NCBI GenBank assembly: GCA_002256025.1
Contig: NKIB01014690.1
Location: 1-41,373 of the forward strand
Source of the DNA: Asterionella formosa
Taxonomy: Eukaryota
Direction of reading: 5' to 3'
DNA length: 41,373 bases
Positions 1 to 12,294 of the stretch are shown here, one piece after another (position 1 is the first letter of the stretch; every line of letters begins with the position of its first letter). Made by a program: the position numbers and the translations under genes. The notes beneath the pieces were generated by a model. It saw only the letters and a program-made list of their open reading frames with translations. It made no database searches and was not told the DNA's origin.

Positions 1-503
1 TACCCCTACTTTGATAAATGACTGTATTTAAGCATGTGGAAAGGGTGTGTATTGGTGAAAGCTCCGTTTAGCGATATACATTTACGTTTTACTCGTAAGA
101 AGTCTATGTTTGACTACTCTGACTTAATATTATTTTTTTAACCCTACCTCGAGCTAGGGGTTCAAATGCAGGAACCTTAATACACACGAGGAGGATATAA
201 TATAAAATTTTAATGTCAGAGCGCGCCCACTCACAGGCACATTCGTCTCCACTCTCGGTCGTGTCTTACCTTCAGTAGGTGACTTATGTGTAAACGTACA
301 GGACTACCGGTACGTTTTTCCTGATCCATTCCCGTAGAGGCCATTGTTCAGTGTACTCCTACTTACGACAAATTCATGCGTACAAATTTGAATCAAGCAG
401 CTTCTGCCTCCGCCCTCTCGACAAAAAAGCTCACGTCGGCCAATGTTGATGATTCGTTGATGTTGTCAAACTCAACACCCTTCACTGCAGCTTTCCCGAA
501 AGA

Positions 504-2054
504 ATGATAAGGAGATGTTGCATGATAATCTTCACACTTGTTGCACTCCTTTCTGTCCATGAATCCCACAGTTTCTCAAACTTCCGGATTCAATCATGTT
601 CAATGCAGCATAGTAACGTTGCTACTACGGCAACTGTCCCTTCTGCTCAAGATCCCTCAGACCACAAGCCCACCACGGAATCGCAGCTAGTAATAAAGAC
701 AAAACGCTCTCTCTATGAAATTCTTCGAGCACCTCGAAATGCATCGAAAGCAGAACTCAAAGTCCAGTATGTATCCTTGGCACGGGAGACTCACCCTGAC
801 GCCCTCATCGGCGGCAACAAGAGCCTCGATGCGACAGCTTCATTTTCAGAGATTGCTGAAGCATACAAAGTGTTGTCGAACTCAAGAGATAGGCGACGCT
901 ATGATCGATCCCTCGTAGCGGAAGCCTTTGCAGAAAATATCGAAGAAATTGCATTCAAGGTTGGCGAACAAGCTGGGCCTTCTGTGATGAAAGCATTTGA
1001 AAAGGTGGCTGTTCCTTTCTTAAGAAGAACAGCTGTGACGGCTGTAGCATCATTTTCTGCTGCTGCCGAGGACCTTATTGGATCAAATGGAACTAAAATG
1101 GACTTGGGCCATGCAGCGTGGACGGCTATTAAGGCAGGAGAGGCAGCAGGGCGCATTGTTGATGGCATGGAGTTGTTGGAGAAGAGTCAGGAGCTTGAAA
1201 AGAGGTGAGGCGATCCTGTCTTTATTTACTTTGATTCATGAAATTTAACTAACTTATCCTGATGCAGAGCACTCGACGAAACTGAACGATCCATTGAGGT
1301 GCACGCCAACCTATCGGCGGTAATCAATAAGCGTATGCATCTGGCCCTAAGAACCCCGAACTCGTCGCTTTCCTCTTCCGATGCCCTTAAACTTTTGGAT
1401 GGGCTCAATACTAAGGACTCTTTGTCGCTCATGGATATGGTTCGACTTAAGCATACCATTGTCTACCAAATTGGTAAACTCGAGGAAGTGGAGACAGAGT
1501 ATTCCTTCAAAAGCGGGAAACAGCAAAAGTCAGCTCAGCAGTTTGCGCAACTCACAGATTCATTACGAAGAGCAGAACACGACGCGAAAATAGCTGTCGA
1601 GGAGGAAGTTGCTGCGCGGAAGGCTCTGGAGTTAGCCATGACGCGAACAGCCCAAGCAAAGCAATTCATGAAGAATGTGTCACATCTGCGACAGCTTGAG
1701 GAAATGGCTCTACAAAAGACTACGACAGATGTAGATCGCGTTTCGCCGATCCTGGCGCGTCGACAAGAGAAGGTTAGGAAAGCTCTTCGGGCCAAAGAAG
1801 AAGCCATTAAGAGTCAAAAAGCCAAGCGTCGAAATGAGCGAAATTTTTTCGCCAAGGCTGACAACGACGATAACGAAGATTTTCTGCTTTCATCCATTCA
1901 AGGTCTTGGCCTTGCCGATCTAGAAGAACTGGCGAAGCAAGAAATCCTCTTGATGGCTGAGGGTAAGCGGTTAGACGAGTTAGCATCTAGATTGCTATCG
2001 AGGGCGGCCAAACTTAGGGCACGAGCTGACGGTATCGAATCGGAAAGAGGGTGA
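504..2054 (+). CDS. DnaJ (J-domain) protein with long C-terminal coiled coil, probably plastid-targeted; join(504..1204,1268..2054), 495 aa
   Basis: J-domain motifs SLYEIL, ARETHPD (HPD) and FSEIAEAYKVLSNSRDRRRYD. A 63-bp intron 1205..1267 (AG|GTGAGG...CTAAC...GCAG|) joins ORFs 504 and 1299 in frame. The N-terminal signal peptide ends ...ESHS-F and is followed by a Ser/Thr-rich stretch. Confidence 0.88.
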
Positions 2055-2735
2055 TTTCATTACCGGTACTTAAGTATTCTTTTAGTATAGTTGGTGATGT
2101 TACTGTCATGATGTCGTCACCCAAGGAATCGTTATGGGATCTACCACATTGGACGATCCTCGTAATCGCTTTGCGCATTCGATTATATCGGAAGTTAATA
2201 GGTTTTAAAATCGAATGTTATGAGAAATGTTTCACATAAACATAGCCTCCAAAAGGTTTGTGGCACGCTTGTAAGGCACTAGAGATCTCCATTCTTGATG
2301 AATTTTCTTGACCGAATCCAGCTGATTGCTACCTTGCTGGTAGTACAAATAAGCGGCCTTAGAGATTCGACAATGTTGCTACATTGTGTTGCTCTTGCAA
2401 AGCGATAATTCTGTTTCAATTTTCAAAAATGTACGCTAGACAAAAGTTTTGATATAAAAATAAAATAAAACCATTCATGCTTGAGGGCGCGTACTTAGCT
2501 TTCCATGCGCTGCGAATTCCTCAAAGTTGCTTAGTATTTGTACAGTTGCAGAACAAGTGGTGAGGTCCGAGTTCCCATCAACGGTAGACAGGCAGAAATG
2601 TGTACCAACACTTCGTCAATACTGGCAACAGTTTTTGACGTATCGAAATCTGACCACCAGAACTCTCTTGGTAGGATGGAAGAAATGAAATCCGGATCCT
2701 TGGAAGGCTTGGGCCATATTACCAAATAATAAACC

Positions 2736-4347
2736 TTAAAAAAAGTAAGGCTTACAATCTGATTTATCTGTCTCGGTCGTAGCATTAACAGTGCTGCTTT
2801 GGTGGTGACTTTGTTTTCCGACATGCTCTTCAGCATGCATCGAAAGGGCCATTCCCAGGGACCACTCCACTTCACTCCCATCCACCAAGAAGGTGAAAGT
2901 AATATCCCTTGATTCCAAATCGAAACCAAATCCATCCTTCAATAGCGTCACCATGTAGACAGCTTCCAAACAGCGGTGTGGCAAGACTTCTGCTCTGGTG
3001 AATGCATGCCCATGATCATCGTGCTCCAAATCATCTTGCCATGATCTCCCACACAGACCATCTAAAGCATTGTAGAGTTCAGCAATACTAGGGTTTGGCC
3101 ATGAAGCATTCAAAGCGTCGTGCGCATCCTTGGCAGGGTGAGAGAGGACTCGAAGACTATCAAGCGAGAAAAAGTAGAGTGACATTGCAAAGAATTTTCC
3201 ACGCAGAGGAGGGTGTTCGACCCCGCCAACTCTGCCACCAAGTTCAACTTCTTCGTCGGCATCGTGATGGGGGATCAGCCGTTTAATCTGGGAAGCACAT
3301 TCAGCCGCATTGCCAGTTCCAATCAAGGTGTATCCCTTCCATTCCAAGGTATAGCCATGGTTTGCACACGGATTAGAAATTTTGTTAAAGCTGCCTTTCT
3401 TTTGTAGGTCCGCCACCCATGTATCCCATAGTCGTTCTCTAAATTGATCTACACCATATGCAAGGTAAGACGTCGAGAAGAAGTCATCTCCATTCAAGCG
3501 ATCAGGTAATTCAAAATCAGCCTGACATGTTTGTGATTCTTCAATGCATGATAGCTTATCCCAATCAGTATTAGCACCTGGCAGGTACACAATTTGCGTG
3601 GATGATCCGCCCATATCAAGTGCCCCAAGTGGGCCGTGCGAATCTTCTTCGTCATTGATTGTTTGCAACTTGGTATCAATGGAACCCACCAAAAAGTTGG
3701 CGGCCACAGCTCCATAAAAGCCTTCCAAATCCCCTGAAAGCGTACTTATATCCTCTCGTTGCATCGACCGGAAAGCAAACGAGTCAAAGTCTAACAAGCC
3801 GTCGTAGAGCGCATCGTAGACAGCTTCTTGTTCTTCCTTGTCCAACAATCGCATGCCCGCAGTTGCCGCATACCGCACTGTTGTGGCCATGTGGTATTCT
3901 TCCGGAATGACGGTTGCGGCATATTCAAATAGATGAATCATGTGCTCTGCCACATAGGTCGTATTCAAGGGGACGGACGTATCAAGGCGACCAAAGGCAG
4001 AGAGCGGCTTGTGTGATCGTTCGCTGCCTCGCCTCACGCAGTCTGTTTCTCCAGTCTCGTCGTCCGTGTCGACGAATTCAAAGATGTGAAGACGGGAGCC
4101 AGTACTTCCACCATCAATGACCTGCAAGAAAGGCACACAAGCGATGAGAAACCATCGTCGTGGCTACACAAAGCGATTTGGACACGATTCCCGTAAGCGG
4201 AAACCCACAATGAGGTCGGTTTGCCTTCTCTGATAGTCTACTTACAATGGTAAAAGGAGAATAATTCCCTTGGCCAGCGAATACTTGATAGGAACCGATC
4301 GATAACAGCGCCGTTAGAGTCTTGATCTGAAGCAAAGTCTTCATCAT
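2736..4347 (-). CDS. GDA1/CD39-family nucleoside phosphatase (apyrase/NTPDase) with signal peptide; exons 4347..4246 and 4121..2736
   Basis: Apyrase conserved regions VIDGGSTGSR, ATAGMRLL, SGDLEG, GALDMGGSSTQI and EWSLG. Intron 4245..4122 (GTAAGT...TTGCAG) fuses the hydrophobic leader to ACR1 in frame (...SPFTI|VIDGG). The C-terminus is uncertain because a GTAAG donor at 2755 could lead to another exon. Confidence 0.92.
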
Positions 4348-5072
4348 TGTATCTGTAAACTGAAGTCCACTTCGAAATATTTGAATCTTAGATTCTTCCT
4401 TTTTTCTCCCACCGCGAATCGAACTGCTTTGTTTCGATCTGGTATATGCAAGGAAATCAGGTGGGACGTGTAAATGTACTGGTCAAGTGGAGGAAGGATA
4501 CAACAAAGCGACGATGTTGGCAACGAGCGACCTGATGGACGTTCGTTTTGTTTGGCGCTAGGAGTGAGGAAAAGTGTGCGAAAAGAATGCTTGTTGTCCT
4601 TTCTCTCTTCGCTCTTTTACTGGTCATCCCCAAAGTGCATACCGCGAATTTTACTGTACATATTATTTATCCTACCTTTGGTACCTGTCCTCGTACCCTT
4701 TTACTCTGCCTACGTCCATTTCTGTGAACGAACAGTTGGCTGACCACAAACATACAATTTTTCGCAACAAGAACGCGCAGCAAGCAACAAGCAGCTCGTG
4801 AACAATCGTATCTCGATGCTGGTGATGGCCACGTAGTTTGTAGTCGTTATATATATTGTTCAAAGTTTAAATAAATACATTTTAGGGTTGTTGCTCTGGC
4901 CGAATCACGTCAACACTGGTCTCGCGAAGCGCAGGAGAAATGCGAGGAACTTGACGGAAACTGTCGTATGAAAGTGATCAAGTTAGGATTCTATTTCATT
5001 GGCTGTTCAAGAAACCCGAATATGACGCAGAGCAAAGCATTTTTCTTTTGAAGTACAATCCACCGTAGACCA

Positions 5073-5092
5073 GGTACCAGGTACCTGGTACC
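5073..5092. repeat. Perfect 20-bp palindrome GGTACC-A-GGTACC-T-GGTACC (GTAC-motif cluster)
   Basis: Read directly from the sequence; three GGTACC words at a 7-bp period. Confidence 0.9.
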
Positions 5093-5289
5093 ATCAGTCG
5101 CCCAAGCACGGAGATTCAAATTCTTTTTGAGCAGGGTTGTCGTCGACGCTGCCTTGTCATCGATTGGGGTTCCCGACAGGCGACTACGAAGCAACGGCAC
5201 AACATGGTTTTCAAAAGATTGACTAATGCGACTATGGAACGTGTGCGTCAAATTGACGATGCGAACCATCTGACATGAGAAATACGACT

Positions 5290-6340
5290 GGAGCGCGTTT
5301 TTTTAAATATATCAGTAATGGTAACTTGATTTGAATTGAATTTCATCAATTCCAAACTTGACACTGTATCACAAATTTGTATCACAGTGTATCATGGTGT
5401 AACATGGATCATAAGCGGCAACAGGGCAGTGATGAACATCTAAATATATCTGAGCAGTAATATGCATATATGTATTCTAAGTAAAGAAAATAAATGGAAT
5501 TTAAGCCGGTGTATTCATGCTACTAGTACTGGGAGACTGGTCAACATGTTGTTTTCAACACATTGACCATGTTGATAATCAGCCATTTTGCCATCAAAAT
5601 GGCAAACAAGTTGCTGTGCTTTGAATTCTAATATATCATTATATGAATGATGCAATAGGAAAAGGAATATAGATAAATCTTTAAAATGACCTAAGAAATA
5701 ACGAATCTGAGATGTAAAAGAATATTGATCAGCAAATAGAACCATTGATTTCTTCCAGCAACAACTAAAGCTATGACTACCAATATGAATACAATGCTAC
5801 TATGATATGCCAAAGGGCTTGCAAAAGTGGTGTGAGGCTAGACTTTAAAATATAGATGCCATTAGATCAATCAATTACACCAGTGGTGTTTTCATGATGC
5901 ACTGTTATGCTGATGTTGATTGTTCCATCAACAACATAATTATATAGTTAGCGCTGGCATATTTACAGTTATTTTACCAGTGACAACAGATGCAATACAC
6001 AGCAATCAATGGCTGTATCACTGATACAGCATTGGTCAGGGGTCCAAAAATGTATCAGTGATACATGCATGATACTCCAGTGACCAGACCGAAAAAACCA
6101 TTGGTGATACACAAAAAATGCCATTTTTGCATCATACTGCAGAGATGATACAGCAATGATGACCAATGATAGAATGCCCCTTAGAAAGAATTGCAGCACA
6201 TATGGAAGATGATACACTGGAATATTAGGGTTTGACTTCTTTAAATTTGGTACATAAGGATTCACAGCTTCATGGCTGAATTGCACATAAGTAGAATTTT
6301 TTTATCATTTCACTTGCTTACTGTGTAACACAATAGCATT
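5290..6340. other. CpG-poor non-coding block with repeated TGTATCA/TGATACA words; possible non-autonomous DNA-transposon relic
   Basis: TGTATCA at 5365, 5378 and 5388; palindromes at 6012-6030 and 6050-6066; TGATACA near 6105, 6146 and 6212. No TIR or TSD identified. Confidence 0.3.
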
Positions 6341-6344
6341 CAGG

Positions 6345-7331
6345 CTACTTGCCCTTACCCTTCGACATTAGGATTGCAGCTCGCCTATTACGCTCTTTCT
6401 TGGTCAGTTTTGGTGTTTCAGATACTGCCCCAGGCTTTTTAGCATCGGATTTCGGCGCTTTCCCCTTTGTATCTGTATTGTTATCTTCAATCTTTGGCTT
6501 CTTTTTGGGTTGCTCTTTCAGCTCACTTGCCCCCAACTTGATGGTTGTTGTGGACTTGGTACGAGAAGTCTTGCTTGCCGTGCTATCGGCCTCATTCTTC
6601 CTCTTATCATTGCCCAATTTACTTATCGCCTTCTTGTCGCCTTTTCTCTTCTCTTTTCGATCAGACTTCTTGTCGCCTTTTGGGTTATCTTTTTCCTCTT
6701 GCTTATCTTTTTGTCGCTGAATTAAGGTAGTGACCAGTTCCTTAGTTCTGGCCACAATGTCGGTCAATTCCTCTTTGGTTTTTGTTGGTCGAACGTTCAT
6801 CTTTCGGCCCAATAGCATTCTTCGATTGAGTGATAGGGCTTTCTTGTACGATAGTTCGTCGCAAACATCAAGAAAGGCAACTCCTCGAAAGGTTCTCTCC
6901 GTCCCTATTCCATCATATACTAACCGAATAGAACTAATGAGACAACCTGCTTCAGCAAAAACAGTCCGAATTTCATACTCGTTCGCTTCGTACGAAAGCT
7001 GTGTCAAATGAAGCGAAAAGATCTTGTCGGTCGGCTCTGTGATTGTAACTTCTTCCTTTTTCGAGTGCCACCGAGATTGTTCTATGTCGTCTGGATCATT
7101 ATTGTTTGCCCACTCACGAGCCGCCGCTAAAAGATCATCTTCGTTATCAGATTCTTCTGCACTGTCCAGCTCTTTGATTTGTGGTTGTTCGGTCTTTTTG
7201 GTGGCTCTCTTTCGCTTCTTCTTCTGCTCCTTTGGAGCTTCGACGATGACAGGTTTCGATATCTTCGCCTTGACTACCGGTAATGCTTTGGGTGGTTTCT
7301 TTTCGGGTTTTGGGACCAAGGCGATCCCCAT
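6345..7331 (-). CDS. Single-RRM, lysine-rich, probably nucleolar RNA-binding protein (Nop6/RBM34-like), 328 aa
   Basis: RNP2-like LHLTQL, RNP1-like RGVAFLDV and LLGRKMNV. Flanks are acidic and Lys-rich low-complexity sequence. Confidence 0.82.
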   Translation of the reverse strand: MGIALVPKPEKKPPKALPVVKAKISKPVIVEAPKEQKKKRKRATKKTEQPQIKELDSAEESDNEDDLLAAAREWANNNDPDDIEQSRWHSKKEEVTITEPTDKIFSLHLTQLSYEANEYEIRTVFAEAGCLISSIRLVYDGIGTERTFRGVAFLDVCDELSYKKALSLNRRMLLGRKMNVRPTKTKEELTDIVARTKELVTTLIQRQKDKQEEKDNPKGDKKSDRKEKRKGDKKAISKLGNDKRKNEADSTASKTSRTKSTTTIKLGASELKEQPKKKPKIEDNNTDTKGKAPKSDAKKPGAVSETPKLTKKERNRRAAILMSKGKGK

Positions 7332-8047
7332 CTTTTCTAATAATTATTATTGCAAGGAGGGTATAGTATAGTAAACTTTAGTGGAATGAATGATTAACGA
7401 TGGACGACTCCGAATGAATCTATTGGTTCCCAGCATACGTATGATTTTAATATTGGTGTCGTTATTTCCACACTGACGGATGTACAACACGAAGCGTGAC
7501 GATCAGCCTCCGCCTCATTGCTACATATAGTGCGTTCATTCTGCCTCGCCAAGACGACCACGATGGCTGAAACGCAACGTGACAACGTGTTCCGAGGTGA
7601 TTGCTGCTGGGACGATGGTTGGTGGTCTAGGTATGTTGCCTTGCCGTCGTCAGAAACGATCTCCCCATCATCATGATGTCGTCATCATTATTGGTAAGTG
7701 CTACCATACCCATGATCCAGTATACATTCAGGTATATTTGCATGCACAGGTCGAAACTTGGGTACCGGTAAGAATTTACTACCGGTAGTACATCATACTT
7801 AGATGCGAACAAGCAATCATACGGACGGACGAGGTATTCTTACTAAAGCAGCGCGAGGAGAGCTTTTGGTATGAGCAAGTTCTCTCATCTGCTGCAGGAT
7901 GCTCGTGGTCATTATCGCAGTGTTCCTAGGTATAATTTTTTGATTTGACAAAATACAACAAATAGATCACAATCAAAATTTCGGAGCATCGTGGATGCAG
8001 TCCTGTATCTTGAGAGCAGACAAGTGATGAATTAGCCCACTCGCAAT

Positions 8048-8497
8048 ATGAAGAAGTCAGTCATGGTGCAGACACTAGCTCTAGTTGATAAGCTTTTACT
8101 GCTGGGCTCATGCCTTGGATTTGTTTCCGGAGCATTCCTTTCGAATTTGAAATCGACTGGATACCGTTATTGTGGTTACAATTCTATGCTTGCTTCTGTC
8201 GGGGGTGACAGAACAGAATGTCCCAGCAACTCAACTCATCGAGACCTCAATCGACTTTCCAATGAGGCTCTGTATTTTCTTCATAATAGTGGGTTTGAAT
8301 CTTTGCCGAAAGAAGATGCCGATTTAGTAGGAGAACTGATATCTACCAAGGTCAGGAATAAGAGGCGATTTCGACAACGAAAGGAAGAGGCGCAAGGAAG
8401 GAGCGAAGATGAGATAACAAGTAAACTGATTCGAAGTTGGTGGGTCAAAATGATTGGAAGCGATGACAATATCGATTTTGATGTCCCCAGCATATAA
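8048..8497 (+). CDS. Small hypothetical protein with signal peptide, possibly plastid-targeted, 149 aa
   Basis: ATG-initiated ORF in CpG-retaining DNA. Hydrophobic leader LLLLGSCLG-F or VSGA-F resembles the ASAFAP motif. No family recognised. Confidence 0.45.
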   Translation: MKKSVMVQTLALVDKLLLLGSCLGFVSGAFLSNLKSTGYRYCGYNSMLASVGGDRTECPSNSTHRDLNRLSNEALYFLHNSGFESLPKEDADLVGELISTKVRNKRRFRQRKEEAQGRSEDEITSKLIRSWWVKMIGSDDNIDFDVPSI

Positions 8498-8666
8498 CTC
8501 AAACGAGAAATGAACAAGCCGATGGCACCAGAATCGAGCAGAAGAATGAAAACCCATTAGGGTGCTGTTCATTGTATCGTGCATTCATGTGTAAAAATGC
8601 ATCACGCACTGGTATTGTTATTGTTAGTTCGTACATAGTGCGTGCGCTGCAATCGCAACTCCCATA

Positions 8667-9637
8667 TCACTTCCCGGAATGGTACAATCTCGGTGCAACC
8701 ACGGTAATCCAAAGAACGGCATACAACAAATAGAAAAGCCAGGATAAATTGAATCTGACAAATTGTTTAAAATTCTTCTTGCCAATGCACGTCCCCATCC
8801 AGACACAGTGATGGTCATAGCCTGCCACACATACGTTGCAATCTGGACAGTGAGCCCCACCTGGCGGTTGAAAAACACTTGTAGAAAAGGAAGTCAAAGT
8901 TAGGACGTAATCGCAGGAGAGATGATTGAGTGGATATGACACTCTGAAAAATCCACGTACCTGCAAAAATCACACCAGATATAATCAGCCGCATTTCTAA
9001 CCTTCTCTGGTCTGACTTTATCGGTACAAATCCCAGGATTTCGAAAGGCTGTATCAATTAAATTATACGTTGTCGCAAGAGCAAAAATTGCACACATGGA
9101 CACCGTCAGTGGTCCGATTGACAATGCTTTAACAATGAAATGAAACGAGGCCCAAGCCACAATTGCCAACACGCACGCAGGACCATACCAATGTGGCCCC
9201 ACGACACCCCAGTCAGTTTTGTCAAAGTAATCTCCACAAACAATAGTATGGTTTCCAACCAATCGGGTGTTGCAAGAACAGCACCCTCGCTTCCTACTTG
9301 ATTGTTTCTTCTGTTGGACAGCAGCAGAATCGCCTAGGAGCCGCTCCAGGTCTTGGTCAATATCTGATTCGTCAAGTTCGAGTTCGTCATCGCCTTCTGC
9401 AATTTCCATTGCTGACATTGGAGCCGGACAGGAATCTTCGCCGCAAACTGTACCGTCTAGTGGTGTACTTGTCGAACGAAGTGCCGCGAACGTGGAGTCA
9501 TCTACTTCGTATGATGCTTCCATATCGCCCTCAACATCAGTCTCCATTCTTACTTCCTGAATGGTGTGGTCAAGAAGTCCGATTGCATCCATTTCAGCGT
9601 GATTTAGAGTCTTCCGCTGATTCACAGGGCCACTCAT
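8667..9637 (-). CDS. DHHC zinc-finger palmitoyltransferase; exons 9637..8961 and 8877..8667, 295 aa
   Basis: Splicing the 83-bp intron 8960..8878 (GTACGT...CAAG) gives WCDFCSVFQPPGGAHCPDCNVCVAGYDHHCVWMGTCIGKKN. Two TM segments and NPG precede the domain, and one TM follows it. Confidence 0.92.
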
Positions 9638-9769
9638 GATTGTGATGAAGAGATCAGACAATGGCAAGGATGATTTGTCAATCTGCAATTGTATAGAAGT
9701 ACTCTTACTGCCGGTATGTAGTTGATGCTGTGGCTTGCGCAAAGTTTCTTTTTGCTATTGCTTACTTTG

Positions 9770-10300
9770 TAGTACCAGTTACCGGTTGCTATGGGTACCG
9801 GTAATAGGGTTTGCCACGACCCACAACAGATTTATTTGACAACCCCCAGCACGAGTTCCAGTAAAATGATGATACAATAGATCTCGTATTGACATACCGG
9901 TACCGGTTGTTAAATAAACATCATGCATAGAGTCTACCGGTACGAGCAAAAAGAAGCCATGAGCAGGGTACCGGTAGGTTGTACCGTAATTGATGTACCA
10001 GGTACCGTAATACTTACTACCGGTATTTATAGAGGTATTCATTTTTTATTCGACAGAGAATGCTACCCGTAGTGGAAGCTAGTGCACTAGTAATTTACTA
10101 GTACCGTGTACAAAGCCAGTACCTGATCATGAATGTTTGCATATCATCAGCACGACCATAAGGTACCAGGTACCGTACCAGTTACCAGGGTACCTTTACT
10201 CATTACAGGTACCAGGTACTTCGTCGTGCAATGCAATCTATGTACATGTACAGTGATCATTAGTTTTCTTTCGGCTATCATACTACCGGTATGGTACTCC
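9770..10300. repeat. GTAC/GGTACC/TACCGGTA motif cluster upstream of the DHHC gene
   Basis: Examples: gggtaccggta (~9793), taccggtaccggt (~9895), gtaccaggtacc (~9995), ggtaccaggtaccgtaccag (~10162), ggtaccaggtac (~10208). Confidence 0.8.
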
Positions 10301-10695
10301 TACAATACATATTAACACATGGGCAAATCAAATCAAATCAAATGAATGACATTAAATGGAAACAATGAGAATATAAGAGTGTGCATGCTAGTTAATGTGG
10401 TAGTAATAAACTAAATACGTAGTAGTGGATTTCCACCAGTGCATCAATCAATAAGCATTTTGTTGAGAATGTGGGTCACTGAAAGTTCTTGAAAATATGC
10501 CTCATATACTCTGTTGATCATTCTATGAGCACTGTAACCACAACTTCAGGTAATCTGCTCTGTAACCTACCCGATCATAACAGCATTTATTCCTCCCCCT
10601 CTCAAGCCTTGTAAATAGCCTGGCTGACTTTCTCTCTGCAATTCCAAATTCACAAAGTCCTTGCAACTTTGGAGCCTTGCTGGTGGGACTTCATA

Positions 10696-10739
10696 CAGTT
10701 GCTTGTAGGCCAGAACCAGTTGCTTGTAGGCCAGAACCA
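10696..10739. repeat. Exact 21-bp tandem duplication (cagttgcttgtaggccagaac x2)
   Basis: 10696..10716 is identical to 10717..10737. Confidence 0.9.
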
Positions 10740-10924
10740 TAATGAGGTCCAACTCTAATTGCAAATTGTTGCCGGCTAGTTAATTGTTGAATTCCCCTCA
10801 ACATTAACACAACTTCCAACTGTAGATGGTACTGTCATGTCCATTGGAACCACCACAACTGGAGGAATGCCATCACCACTAAACCTTCATGGACAAGCAA
10901 ATAGTTTTGCATGGTACATGGTTA

Positions 10925-11400
10925 TATGCACTTTTCCCTAACCACAACCATTCCAAATATCAGTATAGAAATGGATATGAACTGCAAACTAAGAAAGCAA
11001 TGCAGTTTTCAACCTTGGCAAAGAGGTTGCGAGTGTATCAGGGGTGAATCTTTGGATCTGGGAGCATAGCCTTTCCTGTCTAGTAAATTATACCCGGCAC
11101 ACCAACATACCATACTAGAAGATTCTAATCGCCAATCTTGAAGTGAAGTAAAATAGCAATGATAAGTACAGCAAAGACCAATAAAACTGCTCCAAGTGAA
11201 CCACCCATGAGCACCAAATTCTTCCAAAAGTTGTCACAATTTCAGGCTGAGTAAAACAGTTCAAATAATTTTGGTGTATATGAAGGCTCAAGATGATGCT
11301 CAAGAATGTGTGGCAGCCTGTTGAATTCACGCAGCAACCACTTTGACTTCAGGCTCTATCCTTTCGGTCCCACGTTCTGTTTGGTTGACTTCCACTCCCG
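10925..11400 (-). pseudogene. ATG9: Degraded fragment of autophagy lipid scramblase ATG9
   Basis: Manual translation across frameshifts: EWKSTKQNVGPKG*SLKSKWLLREFNRLPHILEHHLEPSY / QNYLNCFTQPEIVTTFGRI / LVLMGGSLGAVLLVFAVLIIAILLHFKIGD*NLLVWYVGVPGIIY*TGKAMLPDPKIHP* / HIHFYTDIW. This follows the ATG9 core order (W..REFNELPH...L..SY, F..GS...VL, H.HY.P..W). Confidence 0.8.
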
Positions 11401-12294
11401 CCCAGCAACGGATCTGTCCTCAACTCGTCTTGAATCCCAGAATTTGCCAGGTTTTGCAGCGGCTGGTCCGCGGTGTGAACGGTTCGGTACTTAGCCTGCA
11501 ATGCAACGGAAGCGACCGACCTTCGGTTGGTGGCGGCATTTTGCAGTGCTTGGAATTATTACTTATCATCCAAAGAAAAGACCTTATCTATCATCACCAT
11601 GAATGAATGGTAGTAATACAGGAAAAACAGCTACCCAAGAATTTCTAGATTCATTTTTACTGACACTCTAAAGGCAAAGCAACATAAATTATGATATCAC
11701 AGAATTTGGCTGCACTAAGTCACCATTCAGCTAGTCTGACAAATATGAAGGAAATATAATAAATCGAAAAAAGCCCAAAAACATTGTTTTGAAATATATC
11801 TGCCAATTTTAATCTTTCTACATATACTGTATACATGGATCTGTAGCGAAGGGCAAGCCGAAATGGCCCCGGAGAAATTTTAAGAATTGATGCAAATGTT
11901 ATTGGACAGAGGAATGTTTAGTCAATAGCAATAGCATTGTGACATGATTTTCTTTTCTGAACGAAAGTTGTGGCTCCCTGTTAAGTTCTTGTTGCTCTAT
12001 GGACCCATGATGTAGCAAATGACAAAATGATGCTTCAAGGACACTCCTGGATTTGAATGATCAATTGCGTAGGTTATCATTAGTCTAGTGAAGTTCACAA
12101 TCTAGTTTGTTGGACTAGTGCGCCATGCTAGGCGGTCCAAACATTACGTAATACTACACCCAAAAGACGATCAATAAATTTATGACCCCTTTCCATAGCT
12201 ATAGTGATATTTTACGTGTCAATCTCTGGTCGTCAACAACCCGATGACGTTAACACCAAGTCCTTATTGGAATGCCGTTTACTCTGGCAAGAAT

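Noticed and set aside
9779..10315. Short ORFs rich in VPGT/GTRY (also near 5000-5270, 30130-30340 and 34166-34405)
   Set aside because: These are translation artefacts of the GTAC motif clusters.
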